A DNA stretch of 64,000 nucleotides. Origin: Mytilus trossulus. Taxonomy: Eukaryota. How positions within the stretch are numbered: the first letter of the stretch is position 1; every line of letters begins with the position of its first letter. Where the stretch lies: NCBI RefSeq assembly GCF_036588685.1, contig NC_086375.1, forward strand, positions 45,260,001 through 45,324,000, given 5' to 3'. The position numbers were made by a program, and so were the translations under genes. Below the pieces are notes generated by a model, which saw nothing but the letters and a program-made list of their open reading frames with translations, was not told the DNA's origin and did not search any database. Shown in pieces: positions 59,968 to 64,000 of the stretch.

Positions 59968-62118
59968 ATGCTGATAAATGCAATTGTTAATTTTCTATTT
60001 GTGTCAACTTGCCTTAGTGTTAAAATGGATGCCGATTTAAAATTATCCTCCGTGTGTATTTTTAATACTCAGTGCCGGTGCTCAAATGCGACAGGAACAT
60101 CGCAATTACATGTTGATTGTGCGAACGGTAAACTAACAGAAATTCCCAAAGTTCCACGAAATGTTTACATTTTAAACCTGCAACATAACTGTATATTGGA
60201 AATAGAGGACAACGTATTTCAAAGTTTAACGAATCTATACATGTTGGATTTATCAGATAATAAGATTAATCTTTTGAAATTACACTCTTTTAAGGGATTG
60301 AGAGAACTCAAAGTATTAAACTTAAATGACAATCCAATAGCGTATGAAATGTTTCCAAACGGTGTTTTTATCCCGTTAGTCTCTCTTAAACATCTGTGCA
60401 TTAAAAGTACAACTAAAAAGGTTAGTAAAAGTACAAAAGTGATCTCGGATCAAGCAATATCAGACTTGAAGACATTGGAGAAATTGGAATTAGACGTTCC
60501 TATACAATCCGCCACACATATTATATTTGGAGACGGATATAAATATTTAAAGCATCTTATTTCTCTCAATATCGGAAGATGTTATTATCCAGTATACATT
60601 GATGAAAAAACTTTCCAGTTTCTTCCACATTTGACAAACATTTCTTTTGACAATCAGTGTGATATGTTTATCATCTCGGGTGGACACCAAAGTCTACAAA
60701 GCACAAGACAACTTTACGTGCACCGTTTAGTAAACAATTTGGTACAAGATTTACTACAGTTTGATAGTCTGACAAAGGAGCTGAAACTGACACCAATAGA
60801 AACTTTGTCATTTGAAAACACCTTTTCGTGTAGTTTTGAATATTATCCATGGAATCCAATAAGTTTAAATTTAAACATCTCGTCTCTAAAGAATCTGAGA
60901 ATGACCGACAATAGACTTGGTGAAAGCTTTCCACCGTCTAAACTTTATCCACCTCCTCCAAGTTTACAAGAACTGAATCTTTCCAGTAATAAACTCGAGA
61001 AGTTTGCGTTAGATTTAGAGAATATTCGAAATCTAAGTCTACAAAATAATTATCTAGGAAGATTTCTAAGTACTCGCAGTTATAAAATGTCAAAACAATC
61101 TAGCAGGCTAGAGTTCATAGATTTGTCGATGAATGGTATTGAAAATCTAACATTTGTATTATTCAAGGGACAGCCAAATTTAAAATATATCAATCTGAAT
61201 GATAACAAGCTGCAAAAGGTTACTTTTGATGTTTCTCAATTGAAAAGTCTTCGGTATTTGGATTTATCAAGCAATAATTTTACGACATTAGACGAGAAAG
61301 CTATGGCAATGTTCGATGGCCTGTCTAAAATTACCCATTTCACAGTTAATTTACAAAAAAATGCATTGCGATGTACCTGCAACACACTGCCGTTTTTAAA
61401 GTGGATTTTCAAAACGAAAGTTGATTTGCTGCTTAACGAAAAGTGTAATTTAGAAGATGGGACTGGTTTTAGTTTCTACCCAATAAACTCATTAATACAG
61501 CAAGTACAGAATGGATGTACGTCATATACAACCTTAGTCATAGCGTTGTCTGTAGGCTTGGCAGTCATGTTGACCGTTATTGTTTTGGCTTTAGTGTATA
61601 AATACAGATGGAAACTTCGATACATGTTTTACCTTGCCAAAAGGAAACACTACAATTACAAGGCTTCCATAGACAACGGGGAATACACGTACGATGCTTT
61701 TATCTCGTATTGTGATGATGATAGAGCATTTGTATTACAAGATTGCATTGCAAACTTAGAAACTGAAGGGAATGCTAAATTATGCGTGCACCAACGAGAC
61801 TTCCTACCAGGCCAAGAGATAACAGTCAATATTACAAACGCTATACATGACAGCAGAAAGACGGTTTGCATAATAACAAGAAAGTTTTTTGAGTCTTACT
61901 ATTGTATGTTTGAATTCAACATGGCCCGAATGGAAAACATTTATTCTCGGGATGGACGAAATATTATTTTTCTAGTATTTCTAGAGCAAATTCAACCAAA
62001 AGAAATGCCACTTATGATGCTTGAACTTATAGAGAAACAGTCTTACATCGAATATCCCAATGACGAAGAAGGAAATATTGTGTTCTGGGATAAAATTCAA
62101 GAAGCTATTCATTCATGA
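59968..62118 (+). CDS. Toll-like receptor copy C, intact, 716 aa (single-cysteine-cluster type)
   Basis: Signal peptide, LRRNT (C-x5-CRC...C), LxxLxLxxN repeats, LRRCT NALRCTC, TM LVIALSVGLAVMLTVIVLALVY, TIR with box1 YDAFISY, BB loop RDFLPG and box3 FW. Confidence 0.96.
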   Translation: MLINAIVNFLFVSTCLSVKMDADLKLSSVCIFNTQCRCSNATGTSQLHVDCANGKLTEIPKVPRNVYILNLQHNCILEIEDNVFQSLTNLYMLDLSDNKINLLKLHSFKGLRELKVLNLNDNPIAYEMFPNGVFIPLVSLKHLCIKSTTKKVSKSTKVISDQAISDLKTLEKLELDVPIQSATHIIFGDGYKYLKHLISLNIGRCYYPVYIDEKTFQFLPHLTNISFDNQCDMFIISGGHQSLQSTRQLYVHRLVNNLVQDLLQFDSLTKELKLTPIETLSFENTFSCSFEYYPWNPISLNLNISSLKNLRMTDNRLGESFPPSKLYPPPPSLQELNLSSNKLEKFALDLENIRNLSLQNNYLGRFLSTRSYKMSKQSSRLEFIDLSMNGIENLTFVLFKGQPNLKYINLNDNKLQKVTFDVSQLKSLRYLDLSSNNFTTLDEKAMAMFDGLSKITHFTVNLQKNALRCTCNTLPFLKWIFKTKVDLLLNEKCNLEDGTGFSFYPINSLIQQVQNGCTSYTTLVIALSVGLAVMLTVIVLALVYKYRWKLRYMFYLAKRKHYNYKASIDNGEYTYDAFISYCDDDRAFVLQDCIANLETEGNAKLCVHQRDFLPGQEITVNITNAIHDSRKTVCIITRKFFESYYCMFEFNMARMENIYSRDGRNIIFLVFLEQIQPKEMPLMMLELIEKQSYIEYPNDEEGNIVFWDKIQEAIHS

Positions 62119-62552
62119 CATAACTATTAAAGTTTTTTTCTAGTCTCTACTTTACCTGAAGGACCCGAGTAAAAAGTGTTGTGTAAGTTGAATTAGTGAT
62201 GAAATTTATTTAGGTATTCCATACATATCTCGACAAAGAGATTTCCTCGCCTATAACATATTATAAGTCTCAAATTAAGGATCCTTATGATTTTCGAGAA
62301 GAAAAAAACTGGAAGCATAATCCTTATATAGCACTGGCTGGTTAGCTTTATTTAAGTGTGTGGTGTTTTTTTTATACCTTTTGATAGTTTATACGGCACA
62401 GTGTATTGAGGAGAACTTTCTTTGAATCATATGATCCCTTCTTAAGCTTTTCATTTTTTAAGTTGAACAGCAGCATAGCTCTAGAACGGTAAGTGACTCA
62501 CTGACAAAATTCAAACTCTGTCTGCCAGTAATGGTTCTTAGCGTTGCATATG

Positions 62553-62975
62553 CGATGATTTTAATTGTCCTATAGTCAACTTTCCATTTCTGTGTAGCAA
62601 CATCCCAGCTTCATATGGAGTAATATATATGTGTCTCAATTGATACGTTACTCTAGTAGAGCTAGCTCAAAGTACGTTGATTTTGTTGAACGAGGAATAC
62701 TGCTTTCTCAAAAGTTGCTAAGACAGGGCTATGAATCAATCAAATTAAGGTCATCACTCAAGAAATTTTACGGTCGCCATCATGAGCTGATTGACCATTA
62801 TGACAAAAGTGTATCAGAAATCATATCTGATATTCTTCCTCAGCCTTAATAACCTTCCATCATTACCGAACTGTACAAAGAAATAACATGACGGGTGCCG
62901 TATACGGTGCAGAAATGCTTACCCTTCCAGAGAACCTGATTTCACTCCCGGTCTTTCGTGGAGTTCGGGTTGTTT
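62553..62975 (+). mobile_element. 3' fragment of a Penelope-like RT element with its downstream structured motif
   Basis: DDFNCPIVNFPFLCSNIP...SQLIRYS...LLSQKLLRQGY...LKKFYGRHHELI; homologous to 725-1650. Confidence 0.8.
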
Positions 62976-63127
62976 CTTATTTATAACTCGGTTTTGTGAG
63001 TCTTGGTTTTCTCCTTGGTTTTGATTGTTATTGTCTTTCATCAAATGTGGGACAGGGATCTAAAAAGTTCGAAAACGAAATAGGTACAGACGGATGTTAG
63101 GTTAAGAGTATCACTTTATGTCCAAAT

Positions 63128-63460
63128 TGACATGAATTGTCATTGATATAGAAATATTTATAAATTAACTGTTCACAAAACTTTTGAATTTTTGAAATAC
63201 TAATGTTTTTCAACCTCAGGAATATATTACCTTAGTTGTATTTGGCAAAACTTTTATGAATATTGGTCCTGAATGCTCTTCGACTTCGTACTTTATTTGA
63301 CCTTTTTATTTATTTCACTCTTATGTAGACGAAACGGGCGTCTGGTGTAAATGCAAAACTTTATCCTGGTATCTATGATGAGTTTATTTCAACAACTGGG
63401 TCGATGCCACTGCTGGTGGAGTTTTAAATCCCAGAGGGTATCACCAGCCCAGTAGTCAGT
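63128..63460 (+). mobile_element. Retrozyme-type repeat, circularly permuted; 5' part of the hammerhead deleted
   Basis: Runs through the family 3' end (cctggtatctatgatgagtttattt) into the family 5' start (gagggtatcaccagcccagtagtcag). Confidence 0.75.
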
Positions 63461-64000
63461 AATCTAATTGTGCTGATCATTTTTGCAATTTACTCTTTCA
63501 ACCTTGCTCATTTGTTTTTCGTGATAACAGCCACTTATTGCTCCCCCAAAAATCACCAATATTTCTGGAGCAATAACTTCAAATAAGTTAATAGATTTTC
63601 TCCTATTTTCAGGGTGGAATCATCTTGTCACGCATATAATTTTTTCAATTAACACTTTAAAACTAGCTTCTATATTTATTCAAATAATACCAAGGAAATG
63701 CCTCAATTTTTTGTTTTAAATGAATCAACATTTCAGGGGCAATAACTTCGAAAAAGGTAAACAGTTATCTATTTCCAAAATTTTCAAGGTAGATAGAGCT
63801 TTCTGTAATGACCCTTTTTAACAGGACTTTTTTCCTAAATTAACTATAGATTTACAATATGAGCCTAATTGCACTACAGAAGCTGTTATAAGGACTCAAT
63901 TATTGTGGACATTTTATTGATGAAGCAGACAAACTTTAATCCATTATGCAGTTTCAAAGGAGAAGATTTCTGAAGAAAAGTTTACAGGATCTGCTTACCC

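Noticed and set aside
50538-61871. Antisense ORFs over the TLR genes (and 43970-44332 over the cGLR)
   Set aside because: Shadow ORFs of real coding strands; their recurrence reflects paralogy.
1-64000. Remaining 60-120 aa ORFs, CRISPR arrays, rRNA
   Set aside because: The short ORFs are low-complexity translations of AT-rich or repeat DNA; no repeat-spacer array or rRNA-like sequence was seen.

Overview
AT-rich, repeat-rich animal genomic DNA with GT-AG introns. The repeat families and gene types point to a bivalve mollusc, probably a Mytilus-type mussel (inference). All recognisable host genes are innate-immune genes. (1) An 11-coding-exon minus-strand gene (17526->8479), invisible as a whole in the ORF track, splices by hand into an uninterrupted 676-aa TIR-STING-TIR-STING protein with no transmembrane segment and no C-terminal tail. 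Its two halves differ: TIR1 keeps the NADase-type Glu and TIR2 lacks it, and the two STING pockets have lost different ligand-contact residues. (2) A divergently oriented cGAS-like receptor (cGLR/Mab-21 nucleotidyltransferase, 43602-44843) has an intact catalytic triad, an N-myristoylation-like start and an apparently decayed 3' extension. (3) Three tandem Toll-like receptors follow: one with a single-T homopolymer frameshift, one frameshifted and lacking its TIR, and one intact. The putative cyclic-dinucleotide synthase and TIR-STING receptor therefore lie about 26 kb apart in one immune cluster, reminiscent of bacterial CBASS; functional coupling is a hypothesis. The rest is mobile DNA: Penelope-like RT fragments, hammerhead-ribozyme retrozyme repeats, nested MITEs with visible TSDs, a composite element bounded by two near-identical 464-bp modules, a Crypton-like remnant with a long hairpin, HINE-like elements, tRNA-derived SINEs and a dispersed repeat carrying a perfect NF-kB site. 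All coordinates were read by eye and no database searches were run.
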